DNA from: Mobula hypostoma
Lineage: Eukaryota
Assembly (NCBI RefSeq): GCF_963921235.1
Contig: NC_086097.1
Location: 91,080,001-91,144,000 of the forward strand
Direction of reading: 5' to 3'
DNA length: 64,000 nt
The position numbers and the translations under genes were made by a program. The notes under the pieces are model-generated. The model ran no database searches. It saw only the letters and a program-made list of their open reading frames with translations, and was not told the origin of the DNA. Numbering within the stretch: the first letter of the stretch is position 1; every line of letters starts with the position of its first letter. This document shows, one piece after another, positions 27,878 to 41,029 of this stretch.

Positions 27878-28268
27878 ATCATTCGTTTGCAACGTGCCGT
27901 GTCATATGATGTGGGAGATCATGGTCTTTCCATAACCACGATCGTTCTTGGCAAATTTTTCTACAGAAGTGGTTTGCCATTGCCCTCTTCCTGGCAGTGT
28001 CTCTACAAGACAGGTGAGCCAAGCCATTATCAGTACTGTCGGCCTGGTGCCATAATCAGGACTTCTGATATGCACCAGCTGCTCATTTGATCATTCACCA
28101 CCTGCTCCCATGGCTTCCTGTGACCCTGATCGCCCGGGGGGAGGGCGGTGGTGGGGTGTGTGGCTAAGCAGGTGCTACATCTTAGCCCAAGGGTGACCGG
28201 CAGGATAGTGGAGGGAAGGAATGCCTTACACCTCCTTTGGTAGAGACGTAGTTTCATCCTGCCACCCA
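27878..28268 (-). mobile_element. RTE-related short element
   Basis: Contains ggcaatggcaaaccact on the minus strand, a motif typical of RTE/BovB-related elements; a small related piece lies at ~33615-33660. Confidence 0.5.
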
Positions 28269-30320
28269 CTCCATGATATGTACTGTCTATGTGTATTCAT
28301 CTTGGACAATTCAGAGAAAGTAATCGATCAGTAATTTCTCCTGAGACAAAGCAACTATGAGTGGGACAGGTCAGATTATGGGGGCCTCATGGGAAAAAGC
28401 AGTGGTGAAGCAAAGAATAATCGAGAGAGAATTCTGTACCACAGGCGCCTGAATGGATCGCCGTCACCTTATAGCCTTGAATTCATTCACACCATCATTT
28501 TTATCTGTCCAACAGAATGAGGATGGTGTTTAGCAACACATTGGTCACTCTCAAATTTAGCAGGATGCATGACGGGAGCAAGTAACCTAATTAAAGAACA
28601 AGATCAAAGCTTCACCCCCGAGTCATAGGCATGTGGTGAATTTAGATTCGAGTCATGCTACTCAATGAGTCATCTCACTGCAAGCACCACTTGTTTACAA
28701 CTGTTTATAAATCTTAACTCAGCAGGACTGCCCTTTTTATATTGTTTAAACTTCCTTAATAAATGAACCGAATAAATAATAAATTCTGGAGGAAAGAGTC
28801 GATGGCAGTAAAGATGCGAAGATGAATCCTGCAAAACCCCTCTAGCATACCCAGAATATCCCACAGAATCTCTAAACCGAAACATTAGCTCTGTTTATCT
28901 TTCCATGTGTAAATTAATGGGAATGTGGGGAGAATAAAAATAGGATTAAATTAGAATTAGTGTACCTGGGTGGTTGATCCAAGGGCTTGTTTCAATGCTC
29001 CATCTCTTTATGAGATGCTGCCTGACTTACTGAGATTGGCCAACATTTTCTGTTTCTATACTACAAAATACAATAGCCTATGACTTTCAGTTAGCAGGAA
29101 CCATTAGTTTTAACACAGCAAGGGTCTACAGAGAATCTGCAAGAACATACTTGATTAAATGGCTATTGGAGGTGTTGAATGAGGATAAATATGCATTTAC
29201 GAACAAGGACAATTCTCTGCTCTTGGAGAAGGTCCAGAGACCATTTACTGGATTGGTATTAAAATAAATCATGGTGATTGCTTGTACACATGGGGAATTA
29301 TCTGTGGATAGAAAAGCTCAGGGAGAAGAATCAGCACAGTGTCAGGCCTGCATGTGCAGGCTTTTCCCAGTCTCCACTCAGCTAGCAGGAGTCACCTGCC
29401 ACTCGTTTTCAACTCATCACCTGCAGCCTATTTAAACCTAGCTCTCATCCACAATTGCTGTTCACTCATCCAACTAACCAGCTTCAACCAATTGCTCCTA
29501 GCCTTCAGTTACCTTGTTGCCTTATCAAATTACGTATCTGTTCTCTCTTGTTCTCTCTTGGCTTGTTATTTTGCAGTTTATTATTAAACTGATCGCTCAC
29601 CACTAAATCTTCTTCACTACTCTGTGATTGGGTCAAGCCTCCTCTGCATTTCCTGACAGAATAAATGACCAGTGATTGACCCAGCAGAGTTTGCTTGCCT
29701 GAAGGAAGTTGTCTGTCGACATGTTCGTACAATCCAGAAGCAGCAGTGAATCATTCACCATCTGCTCCCAACCCACTCTCCGTTTGGATTCAGCAACCCT
29801 GTGCCAGTCAACCTTCTCCCTTGGAGCTCCGGATGCCAGTGCCCAAACGCGTCCATGGATCGCCAACCTGAAGTTCAACTTCCTGTTCCAGTGTATCTCA
29901 CACTTCAAGCTCTGGCCAGCTCTGCACATTATGGACTGAGCCAAGGTCACCTTCGTCATTTCTCTCTTGACTGGGTGAGCTCTGCCGTGGGCCGCCACTA
30001 GCTGGAACAATAAAACCCCCATTTTCAACCAACATGAGGAATTCACTATGGAAATGAGCTGGGATTTCGACTATCTAGGAAGTGGAAGGGCAGCAGTGGA
30101 TCGGATATTTCACCTGCATCAAGGCTCAGGCTCAGTGATGGATTACACGGTGTAAGTCAGGATCCTCGCAGCGGGCTGTGGCTGGAAGGCAGAAGTGCTG
30201 CTGACCCATTACCATCACAGCCTCTCGGTGCGCTTGAAAAAACGAGCTGTCTACTTGGGTAACATACATCAAAGTTGCTGGTGAACGCAGCAGGCCAAGC
30301 AACATCTATAGGAAGAGGCG

Positions 30321-30356
30321 CAGTCGACGTTTCAGGCCGAGACCCTTCGTCAGGAC
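30321..30356 (-). ncRNA. Minimal type I hammerhead ribozyme motif (inverted arm)
   Basis: Reverse complement reads gtc-CTGACGA-agggtctcggcct-GAAAC-GTC-gactg. Confidence 0.7.
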
Positions 30357-30360
30357 CAGT

Positions 30361-30398
30361 TAGTCCTGACGAAGGGTCTCGGCCTGAAACGTCGACTG
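30361..30398 (+). ncRNA. Minimal type I hammerhead ribozyme motif
   Basis: tagtc-CTGACGA-agg gtctcgg cct-GAAA-C-GTC-gactg: full conserved core, stem II agg/cct, stem I tagtc/gactg, palindromic ACGT stem III. Confidence 0.75.
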
Positions 30399-33300
30399 CG
30401 CCTCTTCCTATAGATGCTGCTTGGCCTGCTGCGTTCACCAGCAACTTTGATGTATGTTGCTTGAATTTCCAGCATCTGCAGAATTCCTGTTGTCTACTTG
30501 GGTGATGCCTCTAAAGCCTCATCACTCTGGCCCTCTGTATTGACAAGCGTCTTATGGAATGACCCTCCAAATCACAGCAGGCAACTTTCCTGACTGGATT
30601 CTGGTCTCCCTACCAAGCCTATCTCACACCCCTTCTGCATCATGGCCAATAATGGATATCTCTTGAGGTCTGGGATGGTCAGAGCACATACATGGCCTAT
30701 GCATGTGAGCATTGGATAGCACCATGAATCCATCCAATTCCTTCTTATCAACTCACACAACACTCCTCTCATCTTGGGTTACCCCTAGCTCTCCACTCAC
30801 AACCCTCACTTTGCCTGGTCATCTGGTTCATTGCTGAGTTTGGGACCCACCTGCTTACAACCTCAGTTGACTTTACCTTGTAAATCCATGGAGACGAAGA
30901 AGCACTGAACTCCCACAAGAATACCACAACTTAGATATCGCCTTCAGGAAAAGAGAAGCCGGCACCCTGCCGCCTCACAGACCGCAGGACTGCAATTGAC
31001 CTCCTTTCGGGCACCGTCCCTTCCTGAGGCCATCTGTTCTCCCTCTCTCCTCCCGAGATGCAAGCCATAAATGACTACATTGCTGAAGAGCAACAACACA
31101 GCTTCATTTGACCATCCCATTCCCCAGAGAGTGCAGGACCCTTCTTTGTGAAAAAGAAAGATGGGTCTCTTCATTCCTGCATTGACTCAACAAAATCGCC
31201 ATTACAAACCGCTACCCTCTCCCTTGATGGATAGCACATTCAAAGCACTCCGCGCGGCCCAATCCTTCACCAAACTGGATCTACGGTGTGTGTACAATCT
31301 GACCCGCATCTGCTGGAGGATGAACGGAAGACACGTTCATAATGCCCACTGGGCACGACGAATACTTGGTGATGCCTTTCGGTCCTTACAACAGTCCAGC
31401 TGTTTTCTAAGTCTTCATCAATGAGGTGCTTCAAGACAAGTTACACAGGTATGTGTTCATCTACCTTGATGACATCCTCATCTTCTCCAGGGACCCCCAA
31501 AGACCACGTCTGTCACATCCTTTCAGTCCTTCAGCAACTCCTCAAAAACCAACTGTGCTACAAGTTAGGAAAATGCTAGTTCCACATCCCAGTTATTTCC
31601 TTCCTGGGCGATGCCCTTTCACCAAAGGTAAAAGCATGGACCCAGAGAAAGTGTGTGCTGCTGTTGAATGGCCCCAGCTGCACTTCTCCAACTTATACCG
31701 CTGGTCATCAGAAACTACAGCTAAACTGCTGCTCCTCTCACCTCCCTCACCAAATCACCTATCTTATGGATAACCTGGTCTGCTGCTGTAGACCACGCTT
31801 TCACAGAGCTCAAGTGGTGCCTCACACCACTCCCATTTTCCACCACCTGAACCTCTCCAGAGCTTTTGTGGTAGAGGTGGGCACATCCGATGTGGGTGTC
31901 AGGGCCATCCTCTTCCGGTGAGGACCAGGTGGGAAGAAACATCCTTGTGCCTTCTTCTCGCACAAATTCAACTCTACACAGCTTTGTTATGGAGCAGGAG
32001 ACAGGGAGCTAATTGCCTTGGAGGAATGGAGACGTTGGCTGATGGGGAAACACCAAGCCCTTCCTGATCTGCACTGAACACCAGAACTTCAAATCCATTC
32101 AACACACCTGCCATCTCAACCCACGTCAGGCTTGCTTGGCCCTCTTCTTCGAACAACTCAACTCCTCCTACCAACCCCGCTCCAACAACAGTAAGGCGGT
32201 CGCCCAGTCACGACAGTTTGACCCAGCTGAAACGGAGATCAACCCTCAGCCCATTCCATTCTCCTAGATCATAGCCCCAATCATCTGGGACCTTAAGAAC
32301 CCGATCCGCCGGGCCCTACGGCACGAGCCTGCTCCGGCCGACCCAGCTGACAGCTGCATGTACTGCTCATGCTGCCGGCAATGCACTCTGAGGCACTCCA
32401 GTGAGCCACTCTTTACCCCTCTCCAGCCATCCAGGAGCATGACAAACTCTGGATTTACTGCAACGCCTATGCTGGTGGCCCACCATGATTGCAGATGTAT
32501 GTCAGTTTATCACTGAACATGCCCAGTCCAATTTCTCCAACCAATGTTCTTCTAGGCTCCTACCAGTTCATCAACAGCCTTGGTTCAACAGCACCATGGA
32601 TTTTATCACGGGTTTGCCACCTTCCGACCACGGTGATCATGACAGTGATAGTAGTTCTCCAAGGCAGCCCACTTCATTGCCGTCCACAAGCTTCCATCAG
32701 CTGCTGAGATGGTGGACCCAGTTCTCCAACATGTAGTGGTCTCCATGGCTTCCACCAGGACATTGTGTCAGAGCAGGACCTACAGTTTGTCTCCCACTTC
32801 TGACGAGCTTTCCACTCTTTCCTCCACAACTCATTCAGTTTGTTCCCTGGCTATCATCTGCAGACCGACAGTCAGTCAGAAGAAGCCAATTGGCGATGCT
32901 TTGCTACTTCTAACCCTTCCACATAGAAGAGGTTTGTCCTCCTCTGCCACGGGTGTGTCACCTTTTGAAGTGCTCCATGGCTACCAGCCCCCGTTGTTCC
33001 CTGTGGAGGAACCAACAGTGGAGATCCCGTCTACCACGGCCCTGGTTCGCTGCTGCTGGAATGCGTGGTAGGGGACACAGGGGGCAATCCTAGCTGCCAG
33101 CTATGACTTCTGCCTCTCTCCTAGAGAAAGGGAAAAAAGAATCTGAATTTATATAGCATTTTCAATTATCTCAAGTCCCAAACAGCCAAAGTACCTTCTT
33201 TAATGTAGATACTGCTACAGATTGGGAAAGTATCAGCAAAATTGCACATAGCAAGCCTCCACATTAGATATTGACCAGATCATGTGAAGAAGTGTCAGTT

Positions 33301-36300
33301 AAGAAGTCAACACAAAAGAGGGAACTCCCTTCATGCCTTTGAAATTGTTCAGGGTGACTATTACCTGACAGAACAGACAGGTCATATTACAAGGTTCAGG
33401 ATCAGCTACTTTCCTACAGCTATCAGGTTCTCAAACTGATCTGAACAATCCCAACCCCACTCAGCAATAGAACACTACGGACCTCCTCTTGCACTACGTA
33501 GTCTGTGATTGTGTTTTTTTGCAGTAATTTCTAATTTATATTGTGTGTTGTCTGAACCTAAAGTACATGCCTTTGATGTTATTGCAAACAAGTTTTTCAT
33601 TGTACTTGTAGCTCAACGTTGACATGGAAAGACCATGATCGCCCATGTCATATGAATGAACAAATACACACTGACTATGAAGATTAGTTGTGAAATACCC
33701 AAGTGGAAGAAAGAGTGGCCATCGTGATATCCATAACATGTATAATGCTTGGTGCTGACCACAGAGAGCGTAGAATGACGGGAGAATACTTCATGATAAA
33801 TGGAAGATGTAATATCTGCATTTCTCTTGGAGTTGTCATGTGAAGAAGATCATGTCCATTTTGCCTCTAGATAGATGAAATCTGCACTGTGATTTTGGAA
33901 GTTATTCTTTGGCTACTGGGAGGAGGAAGTTGTGGACGACATTGACATAATGCATCAGGAGTGCACAGAATCACTGAATAAACAACAGGAGTGCACCACT
34001 TCATGAGTTAGCCACTGGCTCATCCTGTCAGGCACCTCCTTCCCCATCTGTGGAAGAGTCAACAACTTCCATGTCAGCCCATATTGTCAACCTTGACTGC
34101 TTAAGGAGATGATTCAAATCATGAAGAGCCTTATTCCAGATAAAGTACTGATGTGAATTACCCTTTGCCGTGAAAGACCATTGAGATCTTTAAGCCTCAT
34201 TTTTCATTCAATTAAGTGACAAAGACGGCAGCTTCGAACAGGCCATTTAGCCGAGTGCATCTACGTCAGCCATAACACCAATTTAAACATCCTTTAAGTC
34301 CCTGCCTGTTCATATGGTTGTCTAAATGCCCCTTAAACATTGCTGTCGTATCACCTCCCTTAGCATTGCGTGTTCAAGGCACCTGCCACTTTCTATGCAA
34401 AAACTTGCCATTAAAATATCATTAAAATTTTTCCCTTTTAGTATTTGCCATTTCTGTCACGGGAAAACGAATAGTGATTTTCACACCTTTATATACTTCT
34501 ATCAGATCACACCCAACATCCCCCTCAGCCACTGATGCTTCAGACAAAACAATCCAAGTTCATCCAATCTTTCCAATTGTTGGTGATCGAATCCTCTCAA
34601 CGCCTTTTGTTGCAGGATTTTGATATTTACACCCATTAAAAACTTGTCATTCCTGGTCACAAAGTCTCCATTTAGTCCCTTATACTTAATTTTTTTCTGG
34701 CAGGGTGCCAACCTTTCTTCCCAGTAACCAATTCCATTGAAACTAATAAAAAAGTTAATTTGTCCCAGAATCTCTGGATTGTAGAGGAGAGAGGTAGTCT
34801 CACGAAAGCATAAAAGCTTCTTTGAAGTTTGGGCACCATCCATGGTAAGAGTTGCTTTCTCTAGTTGGGGAGTTTAGAACGAGGAGGCATCACTTGAGGT
34901 AAGGGGTCAGCTATTTAGGATTTAAGATGAGATATCACATATTTGTCTGGAAGGTTGCACTTCTATGGAAAAAAAACAAATCAAATCAGGTTTAATCGAT
35001 ACAGTTGCATGAGACAGTGTTCCTCTGGGGCCAAGGTGCAAAATGTTAAAAACAAGCAAACATTCAAAAATAATGAGTAACGTAATTCAAAATAGTGAGC
35101 GAAGAAGCATATTCACTCAAAAAAAAACATATATAAAAGGTCCAGGACCCTGAGCAACTATGTCCAGCAATTGATGGTACAGTCTCCTGGCAGTGTATAG
35201 ATGCATGCAATCCAGCCTGTCATTCCACCGCTCGAACACAGGAGGACAGCACCGATGGGAGAGGCCAGGTCCCAGCCGAGCTCGAACGCCACGCGGTAAA
35301 CGCTCTGTGTCTCTCACCTGGTCTGCAGCACCAGGCAAACCCGAGGCTTGAGGCTATAACTGAGGCTACACAGTTCCTATGTCACCTGCAGGGCTGAATG
35401 GCCTACTCCTGCACCTATTGATCATTGTCTATTGTCCCACCACCAGACAAGGGTAACAGGCCTGTGGCAATTTACATTATCACTGTCCAACAGAGTCTTG
35501 TGATCGCAAGTGAAATGTCCGAGACAATCTCCCACGGTTATACTGCACCAGCTTTGATGCTTCCGAGTAGTGGACAGCAACATAGTCTACAGCCAGGTCA
35601 GCCCCTCCGAACCCAAGCCAGCTCTTCTGACATTCCGGCAGGCTGCTCCATACCCAAACAGGCTCCTCTGACATCCCAACAGGCTCCTCCCCTATCCCAC
35701 CACCTCGGCCGGTCCCTTCGACACCAGCCCAGCTATTCTGATCAACCAGCAGCTCACCAATGGAGTAACAGTGCAGCATCCAAAATTCTTGGAGTAAAAT
35801 TGTCCGGATTGTAAAAAAAAACACATTTTACAAAGAATACAGCACCTTTGGCTGGTCCACAAGAGGCTGCTATATTTGCACGCACTGTCATCTTACCAGA
35901 AGTTCTCCACTACTGGATTGTGAGCTTTTGGAATACTGTATTTCCAGGGGCTCTGGTTACTCAGACATTGTGTATTGAACACTTAAACTGGACATCAGAG
36001 AATACGGGAATGGGAAATGTACTCGGTAAAGGCTCGGACACGGGCTTGATCTATAAGGCAGAGCAGCATAAGGTCTGTTTTTTATTCCATTTCCTTAAAT
36101 GAACTTTCAATCAAATTCCTGGAGGAAGATGATCTGTGCAATATTGAATGAATAACGGAAAGAATTAGCATTTATATAATACCTTTCATTATTTTAAGAT
36201 GCCCAAAAGTGCTTTGACAGCCAACTAATTACTCAGGAAATGCATTCACTCTTAATGTAAGAAATACAGCAACTGTTTATGTATAATCAAGGTTTCATGA

Positions 36301-36789
36301 AAAGCGTGAGATAAATGAACAGGTCAAAGTTATTTCAGTGAAATTTCTTGAGGCATGAAAACTGACCAGAGAATACTGCTGCTTTGCACAGCCAGCCAGG
36401 CTGAGCTGCCAACATATTTTTCCCCTGAATCAGAGACTTGTGGGTTCAACTGGTATTCCAGAGATTTCAGTCTGAATCAATGCTCCAATGCAAAACTGAG
36501 GAGATGTTGCTTTACAGATGACAGCTTAAAGGAGGTCATGTCTGCTCTCTCTGGCTGTGTGTTGTTTCAAAGTAGAGCAGAGATCTTCACATTCACCTCA
36601 CAATCAGCATCAATAATAAATGGGCTGGAATCATATTGTTTTTCTTGGGAACTTACCATGCGCACAATGCCCTCTTTAATTTCCCCCATTATAGTGACGA
36701 TTAATTATTTAAAATATTCATTATTAGATTTAATGTGATTTGGGACATTTGAGATCATAAGAAGTGCAATGTTGTTACGAGTAATAGAT

Positions 36790-37029
36790 GACAGAGTAAC
36801 ACAACTAATGGAGTTGCTGCCTCGCGGCTCCAGTTACCCAACTTCAGTCCCACCTCTGGTGCTGTCTGTGTGGAGTTTTCATGTTCCCTGTGTGACCAGG
36901 TGGATTTCTCCCAAAGAGTGGGGTTGATGGGTTATTTGGCCTCTGTAAATCACCCCGATGGGGATGGGTGTCAGGAGAATTGGATGGATACTACGGACAC
37001 ATGACAGAAAATTAGTTACAAGGAAACAA
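36790..37029 (+). mobile_element. V-domain SINE, host of the 37042 insertion
   Basis: tRNA-like head (gagttgctgcctcgcggctccag...) and tgctgtctgtgtggagttt..atgttc core. Confidence 0.6.
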
Positions 37030-37041
37030 TGAGGGAAGTGG

Positions 37042-37615
37042 AAACACAAGGATATCTGCAGATGCTGGAAATTCAAGCAACACACATCAAAGTTGCTGGT
37101 GAACGCAGCAGGCCAGGCAGCATCTCTAGGAAGAGGTACAGTCGACGTTTTGGGCCGAGACCCTTCGTCAGGACTAACTGAAAGAAGAGCTAGTAAGAGA
37201 TTTGAAAGTGGGAGGGGGAGGGGGAGGTCCAAAATGATAGGAGAAGACAGGAGGAGGAGGCATGGAGGCAAGAGCTGGACAGGTGATTGGCAAAAGGGAT
37301 ATGAGAGGATCATGGGACAGGACCCCTTGCCCATCCTCTGGGTTTCCCCCCCTCCCCCTTTTCCTTCTCACTGGGCCTCCTGTCCCATAATCCTCTCATA
37401 TCCCTTTTGCCAATCACCTGTCCAGCTCTTAGCTCCATCCCTCCTGCTCCTGTCTTCTCCTATCACTTTGGATCTCCCCCTCCCCCTCCCACTTTCAAAT
37501 CTCTTACTAGCTCTTCTTTCAGTTAGTCCCGACCAAGGGTCTCGGCCTGAAACATCGACTGTACCTCTTCCTAGAGATGCTGCCTGGCCTGCTGCGTTCA
37601 CCAGCAACTTTGAAG
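37042..37615 (-). mobile_element. Long palindromic Penelope-like insertion with ~235-bp arms and 12-bp TSD
   Basis: TSD tgagggaagtgg at 37030-37041 and 37616-37627; arms ~37087-37322 and 37378-37613; hammerhead cores mutated in both arms. Confidence 0.9.
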
Positions 37616-38694
37616 TGAGGGAAGTGGGATTGTTCTGAGAACAAGCATTGGCTACGTCATATGAAAAGATGGCATGGTTATACTTTTTCAAAACAGTGAC
37701 AGTCACCCGAGAGGGCAAAGGAGGCCTTGAATTAATTGCTCAACTGAAGGATGTTGCCCCTTCTGCATAGTTCTGGGGTGGAAGTCCATGGAAAGTATAG
37801 AACTGTCATTAGCTTTGGCACATTCTCTTCTCAACTGAGAGAAGCAAGTAAGAGTGATTGCCAATCCACTAAGACTTGCCCCAGTACTTTGCTTAATGCA
37901 GCTTAAGGCAGAATGAATGTAATTTGGGAATAAAAGGTACAAGATTTGTGACCTGGCCTGTGTAGTTAGTGATGTTCTTCAGTCTTGGACAATGATATAA
38001 TCACTACAGTTGATCTCATGCTTTCAATTTCTAGTTTGCCCTAGTCTGCATTGGGCGAGACTGTGGAATTTCATCTGGCTGAATATTAGATGGTCTATCG
38101 CAGGTAGAGAATGGTTCTTGGAGTAACTCAGGAATACGCAGGAAGCATAGTATCATACCAAAGCATAAGTCATGTTTATCCACTGGTATTGAGGAGAGGG
38201 TAACCACTGGCACAGTAATCTCTGTCAAAGGGGAGATCGATTAGTTCCACTCCCCCAACTCTTCCTCAAAACCCTGCACATTTTTCAACCTTACGTGCTT
38301 ATCAAACACCAATCGTCAACTTCAATTATTTAGGTAATTTTCTTTTGAACCTATCACCACCATGCTTTCAGGCAGTGCACTTCGAATCACAACAATATGC
38401 CTGATTAAAATTAGTTCTCATGAACCCTGTAGGTCATTTCATCTGTGACCAATCCTCCTTCCTTAATGCTTTGTCAAAATGCCTCCAAATTTTGAAACCA
38501 AATACTAAATTACTTTTAACCGGGAGGGAAATCTCAGCTTGCACGTTCTTCTTTTGTTGCTGGCACAGTAACAATATGAACACCTGAAGCCAGTGTTAAT
38601 GCCCTCACAATGGCCTAATTAATAACAGAATCTTGTAGATCTGCTACGGGTACAAGAGTTACAACTAACTTATAATTGGTGACTAATAAGTGCC

Positions 38695-38855
38695 TGATGA
38701 CTGTATCCCCATGGTCCTTTTTCAACAGCAGTTTAATTTGTTTTAACTATTGAGCCAGAGTTGTCCATAATAGAAGAGGAACTCATTAACACCTGGTCTG
38801 AAAGCTGCTTAGAGGCACCAGTAGGAGATCTGGGGAAATGTTATACTTCTTTGCA
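38695..38855 (+). repeat. Copy 1 of an unclassified ~170-bp direct repeat
   Basis: tgtatccccatggt..ttttcaacagcagtttaatt..ttaactattga.ccaga..ttaacac.tggtctgaaa..atctgggga..ttctttgca is shared with 41240-41410. Confidence 0.85.
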
Positions 38856-39024
38856 TCAAGAGTAAGTGACCCTTGTGTTATCTGTGTTTACTGTCTTCCT
38901 CCTCTCTCTCTAATCCTTCATCTTGCAAAAATAACTTTTAAATCTGCAGCGGGAAAACTTCAGTAATTAGTTTTTCCTAACAATCCCTGAATTCCAAACT
39001 TCCCAAAGTTCTCTTGAGTCAGGA

Positions 39025-40833
39025 ACTGAATCAGGATCAGGTTTAATATCACTGGCATGTAATGAAATTTGTTGTTTTGTGGCAGCAGTACATTGCAATA
39101 CATAATAAAGAAAATATAAATGACAGTAAGATGTATAAATAAAAAATAAATTAAATTATTAATGCAAAAGGAGAGGGGAAATACTACCATAATGTTCATG
39201 GATGCATTGGCCATTTAGAAATCTGACAGTGGAGAAGACGCTGTTCCTAAAATGTTGAGTGTGTGTCATCATACTCTTGTACCTCCTCCTTGATGGTTGT
39301 AATGAGAAGAGGGCATGTCCTGGGTGATGGGGTTCTTAATGATAGATGCCACCTTTTTGAGACATCGCCTTTTGAAGGTGTCCTCCATGCTGGGGAGGCT
39401 GGGCCCATAATGGAGCTGGCTGAGTTTACAACTGTCTGCTGGTTTTTCCTCTCCTGTGCAGTCTCCTCTCTATACCAGATGGTGATACAACCAATTAAAT
39501 TGCTCTCTGTGGTACATCTGTAGAAATTTGCGGGTCTCTGGTGACATATCAAATCTCCTGAAACTCCTAATGAAATATAGCCACTGTCATGCCTTCTCTG
39601 TAATTGCATCAATATGTTGTGCCCAGGATAGATCTTCAGAGATGTTGACACCTAGGAACCTGAAACTGTTACCCATTCCAATGCTGATCCCTTGATGAGG
39701 ACTGGGGTGTGTTCCCTTGACTTCCCCTTCCTGATGTCCACAATCAATTCCTTGGTCTTGCTGATATAGAGTGCAAGGGTGTTGTTGCCTCACCACTCAA
39801 CCAACTGCTATCTTGCTCTCGTACGCCTCCTTGACACCATCTGAAATTCTGCCAATTACGGTTGTGTCATCAGCAAATTTATATATAGCATTTGAGCTGT
39901 GCCGAGCCACACAGTCGTGGGTGTAGTGAGAGTAGAGCATTGGGCTAAGCACACATCCTTAAGCCACTATTGATTGTCAGCGAAGAGAATAGAATAGAAT
40001 GTGGTCTCCAGGTGAGGAAGTCAAGGATCCAGTTGCAGAGGGAGTTACAGAGGCCCAGGTTTGAAGCCTTCTAATTGGAACTGAGGGTATGATTGTGTTG
40101 AATGCTGAGCTGTAATCAATTAGCAGCAGCCTATTGTCCCGGTTTTCCAAGGCCAAGTGGAGAGCTAGAGAGATTGCATCTGCTGTAGATCTATTGTGGT
40201 GATAGGCAAATAGCAGCACGTCCAGATCTTTGCTTAGACAGGAGTTGACCAGCCTCTCACAGCACTTCATCACAGTAGATGTGAGGGCCACTGGGTCAGC
40301 TCACGTGATCGTCAGCCTTTGGAAGCAGGTGGGAACCTCTGACTGCAGCACTGAGAGATTGAAGATGTCTTTGAACACTCCTGCTAACTGGTTGGCACAG
40401 GTTTTCAGAGCCCCATCAAGGCCTGGGGCCTTGCAAAGGTTCACCCTCGTGAAAGATGTTCTCATGTCAGCCTCTGAGACAGAGATCGCAGGGTGACCCA
40501 ATGCTGCAAGGATTCGCACAGGTGTAGTTTTATTCTCCTTTTCAAAGTGTGCATAAAAGGCATTGAGCACACCTGGGAGTGAAGCATCACAGCCATTCAT
40601 GATGTTTGGTTTTGCTTTGTAGGAAGTAATGGCCTGCAAACCTTACCAGAGCTGACGTGCATCGTTCCATCTCTAACCTCAATCAGAATTGTTTTTTCGC
40701 TCTTAAAATAACTATCCTTAGGTTGTACCTAGAGTACTTGTATACAGTAGTTCTGGATCACCAACCCTGAATGCCACAGATCTAGCCCTCAGCAAGCTAC
40801 GAATCTCCTGGCTCATCCATGGCTTTTGGTTTG
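39025..40833 (-). mobile_element. Rex1/Babar LINE (RT and 3' end)
   Basis: [34 protein letters not shown] and LNAFYA.FE motifs; gaatcaggatcagg tail. Confidence 0.88.
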
Positions 40834-40911
40834 TCCCTTTGGATTAGATAATTGTGCATGTCATTCTGCTACTTACAAAACTGAGAAAGGGAAACCAGGG
40901 AATTATAGACC

Positions 40912-41029
40912 CTGTGTATAGACGACTGTCTATTCTTCTCCATAGATGCTGCCTGGCCTGCTGAGCTCCTCCAGCATTTTGTGTGTGTCACTCTGGATTT
41001 GCAGCATCTGCAGATACGCTTGTATTTGT
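40912..41029 (+). mobile_element. Short Penelope-like 3' fragment with 11-bp TSD
   Basis: gatgctgcctggcctgctgag..cagcatctgcaga; TSD aatta(t/c)agacc at 40901-40911 and 41030-41040. Confidence 0.75.

Larger units (their letters stand above)
30261..30490 (+). mobile_element. Palindromic Penelope-like insertion with 96-bp arms and 13-bp TSD
   Basis: TSD tgtctacttgggt at 30248-30260 and 30491-30503; arms 30261-30356 and 30363-30458 differ at one position. Confidence 0.92.
29340..33110 (+). mobile_element. Decayed Ty3/Gypsy retrotransposon of the Tf1/sushi group: 5' LTR 29340-29658, gag, RT, RNase H and integrase; no 3' LTR seen
   Basis: LTR TGTCA...TGACA with tatttaaa box; gag-like FLFQCISHF; FTKLDLR; YVFIYLDDILIFS; FVVEVGTSDVGV; MDFITGLPPS-like; TGVSPFEVLHGYQP. 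Confidence 0.9.

Noticed and set aside
28100..28268. HDV-like ribozyme at the 5' end of the RTE-related element
   Set aside because: Hairpins are visible (ggcaggat/atcctgcc; cacctgct/agcaggtg), but I could not build the nested double pseudoknot
30157..30505. Near-identical ORFs on both strands (MLVNAAGQA...), also at 36879-37718
   Set aside because: Artefact of the palindromic inserts; non-ATG starts and no protein motifs
29633..33071. Domesticated PEG10/RTL1-like gene
   Set aside because: Numerous stops and frameshifts, an inserted palindrome and a retained LTR indicate a decaying transposon
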